From contig JANWLD010000001.1 of assembly GCA_025451045.1 (NCBI GenBank), positions 197,812-261,811 on the forward strand: a DNA stretch of 64,000 nucleotides, given 5' to 3'. Numbering within the stretch: the first letter of the stretch is position 1; every line of letters starts with the position of its first letter. The translations under genes were made by a program, and so were the position numbers. Of this stretch, positions 49,321 to 59,063 are shown one piece after another. The notes under the pieces are model-generated. The model was not told the DNA's origin. It saw nothing but the letters and a program-made list of their open reading frames with translations, and searched no databases. The stretch comes from Candidatus Saccharimonadales bacterium (lineage in GTDB: Bacteria; Patescibacteriota; Saccharimonadia; Saccharimonadales; 2-12-FULL-41-12).

Positions 49321-50826
49321 TTAACCCAGGCTTTTTCGCAGCAATGCGGCTTCGACGATTTTGTCAGTCAATTCTTTACCGCTTCGGTTAATTATCTCTG
49401 AAGTAACTTCGCAATGTTTTTGCTCGTCAGTCGTCTTTGGGCCAATTTTTATACCTAAAATTTCTTGTACCAAAACGACGTCTTGTTTTACTTCTTCCCA
49501 CGCCGGGTTACGTTCTATTAGGCCATCTAAGTTAACGTTATTGAAATAACCCCCGGCTCTTTCAAGGTCAATTTTAAGCAGTTTGTAATGTTTGGACACC
49601 AATTCCAATTCATCTTTGTCGAGTTCTTTTAAAATCCGCCCGGCGGCAATAAATTCGGGCGGTATACCCAAGGAATAAAAACCTGCCGTAAAAGTAATAG
49701 CCCGTGGCATTTTCTGCGCTCCAAGTTTGCGTCCATAAGCTAGCAAGCCGATATGTTGCCGGCGTTCACGTCTTTTCGGTACTGCCGCGAAAATGTTTTT
49801 TAAGTCAGGAGCTATAGAAGTTAATGTTGCTTGATAAATTTGTTCGGCACGTTTGCTTATCTGGATTAACTTTTCTTCTTCGGCTTTCTCCAAGATAACA
49901 GGACTAGTCTTTGACAGGTTTTCTTCCAGCTTTTTGATAGCGGCCTTAACTTCAGACAAAGGATTGTCATAGCGGAACGACGACTGGACGGTAACAGTTC
50001 GCATGCCCGGATGCTCATTGATGTAATCATCAACAGTTGCCGGACTTAAGCCGCCACGGAAGGGCAGGCTGCCAACGCCGGAAATAGGGAAAACAGGAAT
50101 CTTACTCCCAGCCGAAAACTTATAGGCCTGTGACAAAGCAATCTTATTCGTAAGTACCGTGGCGAACATACCCGAAACCAACGCCGGGTCGGACCGGGCA
50201 AAGAACGGGCGGATATATTCGGGGTTCTTGTCGAAATGCTCGTTGTATTTGGCCGTGTATTTCTCAAGCAACCCGCCGGTAAGTTGCTGGCTCTGCACGC
50301 TCTCAACCAGCGGTATAAGCTCTATAAAATTTTGGTTGTCAGGGGCATCGTTAGTAAACTCTTTGGATTTAAAGTTAGCCAGCTTTTCAAATAATAAATG
50401 CATTTTCATCAACTGGTCGGAGGTTTCGGTCATCGGCAAGATAACTTCAAACAGCGGACGTTTTAAAAATCCGAGGTCGTGAGCGAAATCCTCGGCAGTT
50501 AATATAACCGTCATAGCCTGAAGCAGACTGTAACCTTTCTCTTCCCAGATGTTAGGCAAGCGGAAGGTCAGGAATTTATCTCGGTTGAGCTGGTGGTCCT
50601 TGAAATATTCATAGTGTTCGCTGAACAGCTTGTCGATAACTGCCGCGTCGGCATGCTTGCCCTCCCAATCCCACATATATTCGGAAACGCCTAGCTGTTC
50701 AAAGCAAATTACCGCCTCATCAATTTCTTTATAAACCGAAACAAACGGATTTTTTTGTTTGTCCCAAAAGGGCGCTGAGGCATTGTCCGGGTGTTGGGTG
50801 GCCATAGTCGCCGGAATCTTCCTCAT
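49321..50826 (-). CDS. ppcA: phosphoenolpyruvate carboxylase, archaeal-type (PpcA)
   Basis: IP.TMATQHPDNA, E.MWDWEGK, FEVILPMT, ARSDPA, G.GS.PFRG, TVTVQS.FRYD, VP.RR.R, PRAI.FT. Confidence 0.93.
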   Translation of the reverse strand: MRKIPATMATQHPDNASAPFWDKQKNPFVSVYKEIDEAVICFEQLGVSEYMWDWEGKHADAAVIDKLFSEHYEYFKDHQLNRDKFLTFRLPNIWEEKGYSLLQAMTVILTAEDFAHDLGFLKRPLFEVILPMTETSDQLMKMHLLFEKLANFKSKEFTNDAPDNQNFIELIPLVESVQSQQLTGGLLEKYTAKYNEHFDKNPEYIRPFFARSDPALVSGMFATVLTNKIALSQAYKFSAGSKIPVFPISGVGSLPFRGGLSPATVDDYINEHPGMRTVTVQSSFRYDNPLSEVKAAIKKLEENLSKTSPVILEKAEEEKLIQISKRAEQIYQATLTSIAPDLKNIFAAVPKRRERRQHIGLLAYGRKLGAQKMPRAITFTAGFYSLGIPPEFIAAGRILKELDKDELELVSKHYKLLKIDLERAGGYFNNVNLDGLIERNPAWEEVKQDVVLVQEILGIKIGPKTTDEQKHCEVTSEIINRSGKELTDKIVEAALLRKSLG

Positions 50827-51974
50827 GAGCTACTCACCGCGCCTTCTTCTACGAATTCTTTTATTTTGCGCAAACCTTCTTCCAATGTAGTTTTATCTGT
50901 AGTAAATGACAAACGCACAAAACCCGGAGCAAAGAACGCCTCACCGGGTACTAAGGCCACGCCTTTTTCATCAAGCAGTTTTTCGCACCAAGCCATGCTA
51001 TCGCTGGTTATTTCCCGAATATCGAAGAAGACGTAAAAAGCTCCGCCGGGCGGAGTAAATTTTATTTTTGGCGTCTGGCTCAAGGCATTATTAACTATCC
51101 GCAAATTTTCTTTCAAATCATCATACATCGGCGGTTCATCACCGCGGGCCAGCCCGCCCAAAGCTGCATACTGGCTAAGGTTGGAAGTGTTTCCCAGAAG
51201 GTGGCTCTGCAGCTTTACGATGGCTTTTATCATATCTTTTTCAGCGATGACATAACCTATACGCCAACCGGTCAATGCTTGGCTTTTGGAAAAACCACTG
51301 GATATTACCAGATTATTGAAACCAAAACTGGTAATCGGCTTGAAGCTTTCGGCATAAACCAGCTTGGTGTACATATCATCTGCCAGCACCGTTATGTCAG
51401 TCTGATTTAATTTATCCGCTAGTTTTTGAAGAGAAGAGGAGGAGTATACCGAGCCAGTCGGGTTGTTCGGCGAATTAATAATAATCACTTTGGTCTTGTC
51501 GGTTATTTTTGCTTCAATTTCTGAGATATCCAAATCAAAGTTGTCCGCCAGCTTTGCTTCTATAACTTTGCCGCCAGCGAGTTCGATTAAATATTTATAA
51601 CTTACCCAGGCGGGCGAGGGAAGGATGACTTCATCTTCGGAGTTAAGAATGCTCAGCAAACTAAAATAAAGTCCCGGTTTGCCACCGGCAACCACCGCGA
51701 CATTTTCTTGCTTTATCCAATCGGCCGAATAAAATTCCCTGCAATGTTTCGCAATAGCCTCGCGTAACTCGGGCATTCCGCCGACCGGTGTGTAGTGGTT
51801 CTGGTCAAGCTTGCCGGCTACCGACTCTTTTATATAGTCAGGCGTGTCGGTGCTCGGCTCGCCAGCAGTGAAGTTATAAATCTTCTTCCCCTCGGCCGCC
51901 ATTTTTTTGGCTTGGGTATTCAGCGCCAAGGTCGCGCTTTCTTCAATAGTGTTGAGTTTATCTGCTAATTTCAT
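50823..51974 (-). CDS. PLP-dependent aminotransferase class I/II (aspartate aminotransferase-like)
   Basis: GEP..DTP, Y....G...LREAI, NSPNNPTG, D..Y, GFSK..A.TGWRIGY; ATGA overlap with ppcA. Confidence 0.9.
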   Translation of the reverse strand: MKLADKLNTIEESATLALNTQAKKMAAEGKKIYNFTAGEPSTDTPDYIKESVAGKLDQNHYTPVGGMPELREAIAKHCREFYSADWIKQENVAVVAGGKPGLYFSLLSILNSEDEVILPSPAWVSYKYLIELAGGKVIEAKLADNFDLDISEIEAKITDKTKVIIINSPNNPTGSVYSSSSLQKLADKLNQTDITVLADDMYTKLVYAESFKPITSFGFNNLVISSGFSKSQALTGWRIGYVIAEKDMIKAIVKLQSHLLGNTSNLSQYAALGGLARGDEPPMYDDLKENLRIVNNALSQTPKIKFTPPGGAFYVFFDIREITSDSMAWCEKLLDEKGVALVPGEAFFAPGFVRLSFTTDKTTLEEGLRKIKEFVEEGAVSSS

Positions 51975-51981
51975 AACATTT

Positions 51982-52058
51982 TGGCACCCCGGGAGGGACT
52001 CGAACCCCCGACCTTGACGTTAGAACCGTCTTGCTCTAATCCACTGAGCTACCGGGGC
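51982..52058 (-). tRNA. tRNA-Arg (TCT)
   Basis: GCCCCGG acceptor, anticodon loop GT-TCT-AA, CCA. Confidence 0.93.
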
Positions 52059-52105
52059 AGGTTTACCATATGCCTTCATTATAACAGGGGGAAAGAATAA
52101 TATTT

Positions 52106-52894
52106 CTAGTTGTAGCCTAAATGGCTCAGAATTTCATCCATAAGATATTGGTTAGCACCCACACAATCTCTTCGCTCGTCAATTTTTGTCTGCGGGCCGG
52201 CACTTGTCCAGACCTTGCCTCCGGCTTCTTTGACTATCATTTCCGAAGCCTCAATATCCCAAAGCGCTGGATAGCTGTCAAAACAAGCATCGGCGACACC
52301 TTCAGCAACATACATAAATCCTAGGAAGTCACCGGCCTGCCTTTGCCGCCAAGTCTTGCGCAAAAGCCCCAGTAGCTTTTCTAGCCCTCCCTCTTTTTTA
52401 TCCCAGGTCATTACAGAATTGTGTAGAACGAATGAGTTGGATAAATCTGATATCCCAGATGCTTTAATCTGTCGTTCTTTGCCACTGACATCGCGAGTAA
52501 AAGCTCCGCCGTTTTTAACTGCCCACCAGCGCCGCCCAAGCGCAGGCGCGGAAACTGATGCAACAATGACTTCATCGCCGTCTTTTAAAGATATGAGACT
52601 GCCCCAGACCGGAAACCCGCGCAGAAAATTCTTAGTTCCGTCAATCGGGTCGATTAGCCACACTTTTTTGCTATTTCCGCTGCGGGTGCCTTCTTCGCCG
52701 ACGTATGAATCGCCGAACTGCTCAATTACAATTTTGCTCAGGGCTTTTTCAATTTCAGTATCACCCTCTGTAACCGGCGTGTCATCAGGTTTGGTGGTGA
52801 TTTTAAGTTCACGCGACAGAAAATATTTCATACCGATTTCATCAGCGGCATCCGCTAACCTAAAAGCTTGTTTCAATTCTTTATCGTATTTCAT
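52106..52894 (-). CDS. inositol monophosphatase family protein (HisN-like)
   Basis: K.D.TPVT..D, GEE, WLIDPIDGTKNF, WD; start moved to MKYD because the longer ORF overlaps tRNA-Gly. Confidence 0.88.
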   Translation of the reverse strand: MKYDKELKQAFRLADAADEIGMKYFLSRELKITTKPDDTPVTEGDTEIEKALSKIVIEQFGDSYVGEEGTRSGNSKKVWLIDPIDGTKNFLRGFPVWGSLISLKDGDEVIVASVSAPALGRRWWAVKNGGAFTRDVSGKERQIKASGISDLSNSFVLHNSVMTWDKKEGGLEKLLGLLRKTWRQRQAGDFLGFMYVAEGVADACFDSYPALWDIEASEMIVKEAGGKVWTSAGPQTKIDERRDCVGANQYLMDEILSHLGYN

Positions 52895-52950
52895 AATTGT
52901 TCTCTTAAATATAATTTTGTATGCGAACGAAATTGATACATATTCCGACG

Positions 52951-53025
52951 TGGTGCGGGATGGGAGAGTCGAACTCCCCTCCTCAGTTTGGAAAACTGAT
53001 ATATTAGCCGATATACGAATCCCGC
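52951..53025 (-). tRNA. tRNA-Gly (TCC)
   Basis: GCGGGAT acceptor, TCAGT-TT-TCC-AA-ACTGA, CCA. Confidence 0.93.
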
Positions 53026-53082
53026 ATGTAAAACAGAGGTAATTATAATCAATAATCCCTTGTGTTACAATCAAATATAAGC

Positions 53083-54312
53083 ATGATACTTACGGCCAAA
53101 CATTTAATCGAAAAAGCCGGAAAGCATCTGGGACTCAGCCAACAAGAAATAGATTACATTCTGAAAATCGACCACGAGCACGTTTTTGACATTGTTTTGG
53201 ACAACGGCAGTACCCATAAGGCCTATCGTGTCCAGCACAACAATTCGCGCGGGCCATATAAAGGCGGTATCCGTTTTCACCCGCAAGTTGATTTGAACGA
53301 AGTTCGGGCCCTGTCGATTCTAATGAGTTTGAAAACTGCCGCTGTCGGTTTGCCGCTGGGCGGCGGTAAAGGCGGCGTAGCTATTGATCCCCGAAGTTTG
53401 TCTGAAACCGAATTGGAGCAATTGTCCCGGGCATATGTAGGGCACTTACATCCGCATATAGGCCCGGATACCGACATACCTGCGCCTGACGTGAACATCA
53501 ATTCGCAAATAATTGATTGGATGGTGGATGAATATGAAACAATAACCGGTGATAAATCCAAAGCCAGCTTTACCGGCAAATCAATCGGTAAAGGAGGCAG
53601 TTTCGGACGTGAGGCCGCCACCGGCCGCGGCGGCATGATAGCCATCGGCGAGTATCTGAAACTTGCTGGGAAAAACCCTAGTGAAATGACTTTTGCGATT
53701 CAAGGCGTCGGTAATGTAGGCGCGTTTTTTACTAAACTGGCGGAAACAGAGCTTAGGGCGCGTATAGTTGCAGTATCTGATTCACAAAGAACGCTTGTCG
53801 TTAAGGATTTTAGCAACAATAAGGATTTTATAAGTCTTGAAGGTCTTAAAAATCGGCGCAAAGGCCTGATTGATGATTTGGCTAATTCCCATGTTGAATT
53901 TTTGGATAGAGACGCAATATTAGAACTCCCGGTTGATGTTTTAGTCCTGGCCGCTTTGGGCGACACCGTAGTTAAAGGCAATGCCAATATGGTTAAAGCA
54001 CCTATTATCCTAGAACTGGCTAACGGACCAATTGATGAAGATGGGTTCGATACTTTAACTGCTAAGGGCACTGTAATCATTCCTGATATTGTTGCGAATG
54101 CCGGCGGTGTTATTGTCAGTCATCTCGAATGGCTGCAGAACAAAGCAGGCGAAAGCTGGAGTGAAGAACAAGTCAATGAAAAGCTGGCTGAATATATGGT
54201 TGCGGCAACCCGAGAAATCTACGAATACGGAAAAGAGCATAATATCCCGCTGAAACAAGCCGCCTTGGCCTTGGCTATGAAGCGTTTGCTTGAATCCAAA
54301 AAAGCTAAATGA
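53083..54312 (+). CDS. gdhA: Glu/Leu/Phe/Val dehydrogenase (glutamate dehydrogenase-like)
   Basis: RGPYKGGIRFHP, GGGKGG, DIPAPD, TGK, R..ATG.G, QG.GNVG, ELANGP, ANAGGV.VS. Confidence 0.9.
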   Translation: MILTAKHLIEKAGKHLGLSQQEIDYILKIDHEHVFDIVLDNGSTHKAYRVQHNNSRGPYKGGIRFHPQVDLNEVRALSILMSLKTAAVGLPLGGGKGGVAIDPRSLSETELEQLSRAYVGHLHPHIGPDTDIPAPDVNINSQIIDWMVDEYETITGDKSKASFTGKSIGKGGSFGREAATGRGGMIAIGEYLKLAGKNPSEMTFAIQGVGNVGAFFTKLAETELRARIVAVSDSQRTLVVKDFSNNKDFISLEGLKNRRKGLIDDLANSHVEFLDRDAILELPVDVLVLAALGDTVVKGNANMVKAPIILELANGPIDEDGFDTLTAKGTVIIPDIVANAGGVIVSHLEWLQNKAGESWSEEQVNEKLAEYMVAATREIYEYGKEHNIPLKQAALALAMKRLLESKKAK

Positions 54313-54318
54313 TAAAAG

Positions 54319-54385
54319 GGGAGAGCAGACCGAGCGTCGGATTTATTCCGCGCCCGGCTCGATGAGAGGGGTAAACCCCTCTCAT
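54319..54385 (-). repeat. two-hairpin structured repeat, copy 2 (3' of murA)
   Basis: reverse complement aligns with 11214-11286. Confidence 0.75.
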
Positions 54386-54397
54386 AAGGCGAAGCCG

Positions 54398-55918
54398 CTA
54401 TATATCGTGAATAATCTCGATTTTGGCACCAAGTTTGTTTAAGCGCTCAGCCAGATATTCGTAGCCGCGATTAATAGAGTAGACATTTCGCAGAATTGAA
54501 ACGCCATCAGCCGCCAGCATGCCGATTAAAAGCAGCACCGCCGGCCGCAGGGCTGGTGGACAGATTATATCGTCAACATGCCATTTAGTCGGCCCGTCGA
54601 TATAAGCTCGGTGCGGGTCAGCTAAGGTTATATTAACGCCGAGTTTGCGAAGCTCGGTATAATAAAGCGCCCGTTCTTCATAAACCCAGTCGTGGATTAA
54701 CGTACGTCCTTTGGCTACGGCGGCAATCGGCACGAAGTAGGGTAGGTTATCAATATTCAGCCCCGGATAAGGTCTTCCGTAAATCTTTTCATCCAGAGCT
54801 TTTAGCTCACCATTATGCTTATGGACCGTGATGTCAGCCAGCAGGCTGTGGCCATTGTTGGCTTTATAGTGCTTGCTGATGTCAACTTTCAAGCCCATTT
54901 TTTCCATTTTTAAAAGCTCAAGCTCCAAAAACTCAATTGGCGCTCGTTTGACAGTCAGCTCTGAGTTGGTAGCCACCGCGGCGGCAACGAAAGTCATTGA
55001 TTCTATCGGATCCTCCGTAGGGTAGTAAGTTATGTTGCGGCGAGCTTCTTTTACCCCGCGGATTTTAAGCGTGCTGGTACCGATACCTTCGATTTTTACC
55101 CCAAGTTTTTTGAGGAAGAAACACAAGTCTTGGACCTGATAATTGGCGCTGGCCATCTTGATTATTACTTCTTTTTCCTGATAAGCTGCGGCCATAATGG
55201 CATTTTCAGTCGTAGTGTCGCCGGATTCGTACATGATGACGTATTCAGGCTGTTTTTTCTTTACGGTTACGTGATAATTTCCAGATTTGGTCAGTACCTC
55301 GACACCAAATTCCTCCAATGCGTAAAGATGTGGTTGCACGGTTCTCTTGCCTAGTTTGCATCCGCCGGCATAGGGGATGTTGAATTCTTTGAACAGATGC
55401 ATTAGCGGACCAAGCATCATGATTACACTGCGCGTACGCCGTGCCGCGTTCTTGTCCATCTTGTCCAGCTGAAGTTTTTCTGGCGGCCGGATTTCGAGGT
55501 CGTTGCCGCCCATCCAGCGAACCTTCACCCCAATGCTGATAAGTACTTCAATCAGCCGGTTAACTTCTTCAATCCTCGGCATTTTCTTAAGCCTTGTAGT
55601 GCCTTTATTTAGCAAAGAAGCAAAAAGCAGACATACCGCTGAGTTTTTCGCTACGCGTGTTTCGATTGATCCGGACAGTTCGTGTCCGCCTTCAATTCTC
55701 AGGTTTACCGCATCACCGCCAAGACTGATTATTTGCTTGTTAAGTACATCGCTGATACGACCCAGAGTATCCAAGCTCAAGTTCTGCCGGCCTTTTTCAA
55801 TACGGTTTATTGCACTCTGTGAGGTGCCAAGCCTGCGGGCAAACTCGGCTTGCGTTAAACCTCTTTCTTGTCTGATTTGGTAAATTAATTGCCCGATTTT
55901 CTCGTTAGTATTGGCCAT
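54398..55918 (-). CDS. murA: UDP-N-acetylglucosamine enolpyruvyl transferase with N-terminal XRE-type HTH
   Basis: IRQERGLTQAEFA..LGTSQSAINRIEKG HTH; KN, GGC.LG.R, I.RGY MurA motifs. Confidence 0.92.
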   Translation of the reverse strand: MANTNEKIGQLIYQIRQERGLTQAEFARRLGTSQSAINRIEKGRQNLSLDTLGRISDVLNKQIISLGGDAVNLRIEGGHELSGSIETRVAKNSAVCLLFASLLNKGTTRLKKMPRIEEVNRLIEVLISIGVKVRWMGGNDLEIRPPEKLQLDKMDKNAARRTRSVIMMLGPLMHLFKEFNIPYAGGCKLGKRTVQPHLYALEEFGVEVLTKSGNYHVTVKKKQPEYVIMYESGDTTTENAIMAAAYQEKEVIIKMASANYQVQDLCFFLKKLGVKIEGIGTSTLKIRGVKEARRNITYYPTEDPIESMTFVAAAVATNSELTVKRAPIEFLELELLKMEKMGLKVDISKHYKANNGHSLLADITVHKHNGELKALDEKIYGRPYPGLNIDNLPYFVPIAAVAKGRTLIHDWVYEERALYYTELRKLGVNITLADPHRAYIDGPTKWHVDDIICPPALRPAVLLLIGMLAADGVSILRNVYSINRGYEYLAERLNKLGAKIEIIHDI

Positions 55919-56095
55919 ACTGCAATAAAAATATCATAAAAGGTGTCAAAACGAAAGAGAGGAATTTGTAAAACAAACCTAGAATATTACAGAAAATTGG
56001 GAAAGCCGCCCGGGTATAGTTATAATGAAAACCATGATATAGCTGCGTTAACCACTTTGTATTTTTATCAAGTGAACGTAGTTAGGAGTAGATTT

Positions 56096-57361
56096 ATGAA
56101 AGATAAGAAAATTGCCGAATTGATTTTGGCAGAACGAAAACGTCAATCGGAAGGCTTGGAGATGATTCCAAGTGAAAACCATGCCTCAAAGGATGTTTTA
56201 ACGGCTCTGGGAAGCGTGCTAACGGATAAATACTCCGAAGGCTATCCCGGTATGCGCTACTACGGCGGCTGTGAAGTCGTTGACCAGGTTGAAAATCTGG
56301 CGCGGGACAGGGCAAAGAAGCTGTTTGGCGTCAATCATGCCAATGTGCAAGGCTATTCCGGTTCGCCGGCCAACCAAGCTGTTTATTACGCCCTACTTAA
56401 TCCGGGTGACAAGGTCATGGGTCTCAAGCTTTATTTCGGCGGGCACATGACGCATGGTTTGAAAGTCAACTTCTCCGGTACTATCTACGACTCCGTACAG
56501 TATGAAACCGGCAAAGACGGCTATTTGGATTATGACGCGATGATGAAACAAGCCAAATTTGAGCAGCCAAAGATGATAGTCGTCGGCGCGACGGCTTATC
56601 CGCGGATTTATGACTGGAAAAAATTGCGCAAAATCGCCGATGAAGTAAATGCTTGGCTGCTGGCTGATATATCGCACATCGCCGGCTTGGTCGTGGGAGG
56701 CGTTCATCCGTCACCGGCGGGGATAGCCGATGTTATTATGACCACCACCCACAAGACACTACGCGGTCCAAGAGGCGCGCTAATTTTGTGTAATGGCAAT
56801 CCTTCCACTCCGCTGAAAAAAGCTGAAAGGACCAAGGAAAATCTACCAACCTTGATTGACCGGGCGATAATTCCCGGCCTTCAGGGCGGCCCGCATAACC
56901 ACCAGACGGCGGCTATTGCCGTGGCGTTGGGCGAAGCTTCTCAGCCAGATTTTAAGACGTACGCCGCCCAAATTGTGAGAAACGCTAAGAAACTAGCTTC
57001 AGAACTGTCAGATCGCGGCTACAACTTAGTAACTGGCGGCACGGATAACCATTTGTTGCTGATTGACCTAACCAACAAAAAAGTGACCGGCAAGGAAGCC
57101 GAAGACGCATTAGGCAATGCTGGAATTACTGTTAATAAAAATACCGTGCCATTTGACCCGCGGCCGCCGTTCAGCCCTAGCGGCATTCGTTTGGGCACGC
57201 CGGCTTTGACTAGCCGCGGACTGAAGGAAGATCATATGGTACAAGTAGCGCAGTGGATAGACGAAGCCATAACCAACAGGAATAACACTGAAAAGCTTGG
57301 CGAGTTAGGAAAACAGATTAAAAAGTTCGCAAGCAGTTTTCCACTACCCAGCGATAGATAG
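56096..57361 (+). CDS. glyA: serine hydroxymethyltransferase
   Basis: IPSEN, KYSEGYPG.RYYGGC, TTTHKTLRGPRG, SGIRLGTPA; AGGAG SD before MKDK. Confidence 0.98.
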   Translation: MKDKKIAELILAERKRQSEGLEMIPSENHASKDVLTALGSVLTDKYSEGYPGMRYYGGCEVVDQVENLARDRAKKLFGVNHANVQGYSGSPANQAVYYALLNPGDKVMGLKLYFGGHMTHGLKVNFSGTIYDSVQYETGKDGYLDYDAMMKQAKFEQPKMIVVGATAYPRIYDWKKLRKIADEVNAWLLADISHIAGLVVGGVHPSPAGIADVIMTTTHKTLRGPRGALILCNGNPSTPLKKAERTKENLPTLIDRAIIPGLQGGPHNHQTAAIAVALGEASQPDFKTYAAQIVRNAKKLASELSDRGYNLVTGGTDNHLLLIDLTNKKVTGKEAEDALGNAGITVNKNTVPFDPRPPFSPSGIRLGTPALTSRGLKEDHMVQVAQWIDEAITNRNNTEKLGELGKQIKKFASSFPLPSDR

Positions 57362-57475
57362 AATTAAAAAATATTATTTTCCGCTTGCGTTTTTATATGC
57401 ATGGGTATATAAATTAGCTTTAGAGTAACGATTTAAGATAAAAACCCATCGTTGCAAATAAACAGGGAAATAAAA

Positions 57476-57961
57476 ATGGGCGCATACAAATCCCCAATTC
57501 CAACCTTTAGAGCCGACCGGTTCGAGTTAGGAAGTCGCCGCGCGATGATGGAAACGCTATTGCCCATGCATCACAATCGGATGCCGTCGGAAGACCAGAA
57601 GGACCGAGCTCTATGGGCGGTTGAAGGACTACTGATTCCCGGGCGCGAAGACACACGAAGATTGCTTGCGATAAATATTGATGATGTAGATATTCCTGAT
57701 CCGGTCGATCCGGAAGAGACGATAACCATTGAAGGGGAAGACATCGCCGGTATGCTGGCCTCGGCCCGCTATGGTCGCATTACGGCAGAATTTCCAGACT
57801 TGGAAAGCTTGGATGACAACGTAGTTCGCATCGTACTACCCCAAGAAGCAAAACTGCCCCTATATGCGGCAGGTGTTGAAAAGATGCAAGAGACTTTTGC
57901 ATCTATTGGCGGCGTGGCCAGCTTAGGTGCTGAAGCTGTACCAATGCCGGCCGCGGCTTAG
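57476..57961 (+). CDS. hypothetical protein
   Basis: ORF between glyA and convergent murB. Confidence 0.6.
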   Translation: MGAYKSPIPTFRADRFELGSRRAMMETLLPMHHNRMPSEDQKDRALWAVEGLLIPGREDTRRLLAINIDDVDIPDPVDPEETITIEGEDIAGMLASARYGRITAEFPDLESLDDNVVRIVLPQEAKLPLYAAGVEKMQETFASIGGVASLGAEAVPMPAAA

Positions 57962-58989
57962 ATTAATTCCGGTTCTTGCTTGAGCGTAACACCGAACTTT
58001 TGTTCGGCTTTTTTGATTATTGCGTCGCGAAAGGCTAATAATGACATGGTATTCGGCGCTTTTTCATTAACAAATACCAGAGAGTGCTTATCCCAGATGG
58101 CCATACCGGTATTTGGCTCGTGGTAGCCTTTCAGCCCCATTTGTTCCAGCATCCAGGCGGCAGAAAGCTTAACGTTGCTGCCATCAACGTCCCAATGCGG
58201 CAAACCGGGATATTTATCTACCAATTCCTGCAACCTAGCATTGTCTACTATCGGGTTAGCAAAGAATGAACCGCAGTTTGCTACTTTGCCCGGGTCAGGC
58301 AACTTGCTGTTTCGTATATCAATCACCGCTTTGCGGATAACTGCTGGCGTATAAGCTGTTATCTTGTGCTCGCTCAGATAAGCTTGAAGCGTCCCGTAAA
58401 ACGGCGGCATTGGCGGGTTTTTAGTTACTGCAAGAGTTATTGAAGTTATCAAAAACCGGCCCTTGTCCTGACTGTTAAAGCGGCTCTTGCGGTAGGAAAA
58501 ACCGCACTCTATCTTTGGAATGACCTTCATCTGTTTTTCAATAGTGTCATAGGCTTCGACACAGACCAGCGTGTCAGCAATTTCCTTGCCATAAGCCCCG
58601 ACATTCTGCACCGGCGTAGCTCCGGTCGTACCGGGGATCAAAGACAATTGTTCGACGCCAGATAAACCTGCCTCAACTATCCGGGCAACCGCGCTATCCC
58701 AATTTTCACCAGCCCCGATATTGATAAATGACTCGAACTCCTGCTCCTGGATTTCAAATCCCATTATCTTATTGACCAGCACCAGTCCGTCGAAACCTTG
58801 GTCGTTCCAGATTATATTACTGCCGTCGCCAATCATAATAATCTTGCACTTCTGTTCATCAGCCCACTCAAGAGCAGGCCTTATCTGTTCCGACTTGGTT
58901 ATTTCCAACAAATATTTGGCCGGGCCACCCAGCCGCATAGTCGAATGTTGGCTTAACGGCACGTTCTGTAAGGGGCTAACGGGCTCCAT
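57958..58989 (-). CDS. murB: UDP-N-acetylmuramate dehydrogenase MurB
   Basis: T...GG.A, IG.GSN, IPGT.GA.PVQN.GAYG, F.YR.S.F, GSFF.NP, H.LV.VN, EP. Confidence 0.95.
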   Translation of the reverse strand: MEPVSPLQNVPLSQHSTMRLGGPAKYLLEITKSEQIRPALEWADEQKCKIIMIGDGSNIIWNDQGFDGLVLVNKIMGFEIQEQEFESFINIGAGENWDSAVARIVEAGLSGVEQLSLIPGTTGATPVQNVGAYGKEIADTLVCVEAYDTIEKQMKVIPKIECGFSYRKSRFNSQDKGRFLITSITLAVTKNPPMPPFYGTLQAYLSEHKITAYTPAVIRKAVIDIRNSKLPDPGKVANCGSFFANPIVDNARLQELVDKYPGLPHWDVDGSNVKLSAAWMLEQMGLKGYHEPNTGMAIWDKHSLVFVNEKAPNTMSLLAFRDAIIKKAEQKFGVTLKQEPELI

Positions 58990-59063
58990 AACACTTAAGT
59001 ATATCAATAGTGTGCATCATAAACCTGCTTGCATCGAAAAAAACATAGGAGTAACATAAAATC

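Noticed and set aside
52895..53074. N-terminal extension of the IMPase ORF
   Set aside because: Overlaps tRNA-Gly; true start at 52894.
54355..54395. Hammerhead ribozyme in the repeat (CGATGAG-stem)
   Set aside because: The core needs CUGAUGA before and GAAA after stem II; neither copy has these.
56000..56090. ZTP or THF riboswitch upstream of glyA (GCCGCCCGGG, TGCGTTAA)
   Set aside because: Only isolated words match; the rest of each aptamer is absent, and the first word lies upstream of the likely -10 box.
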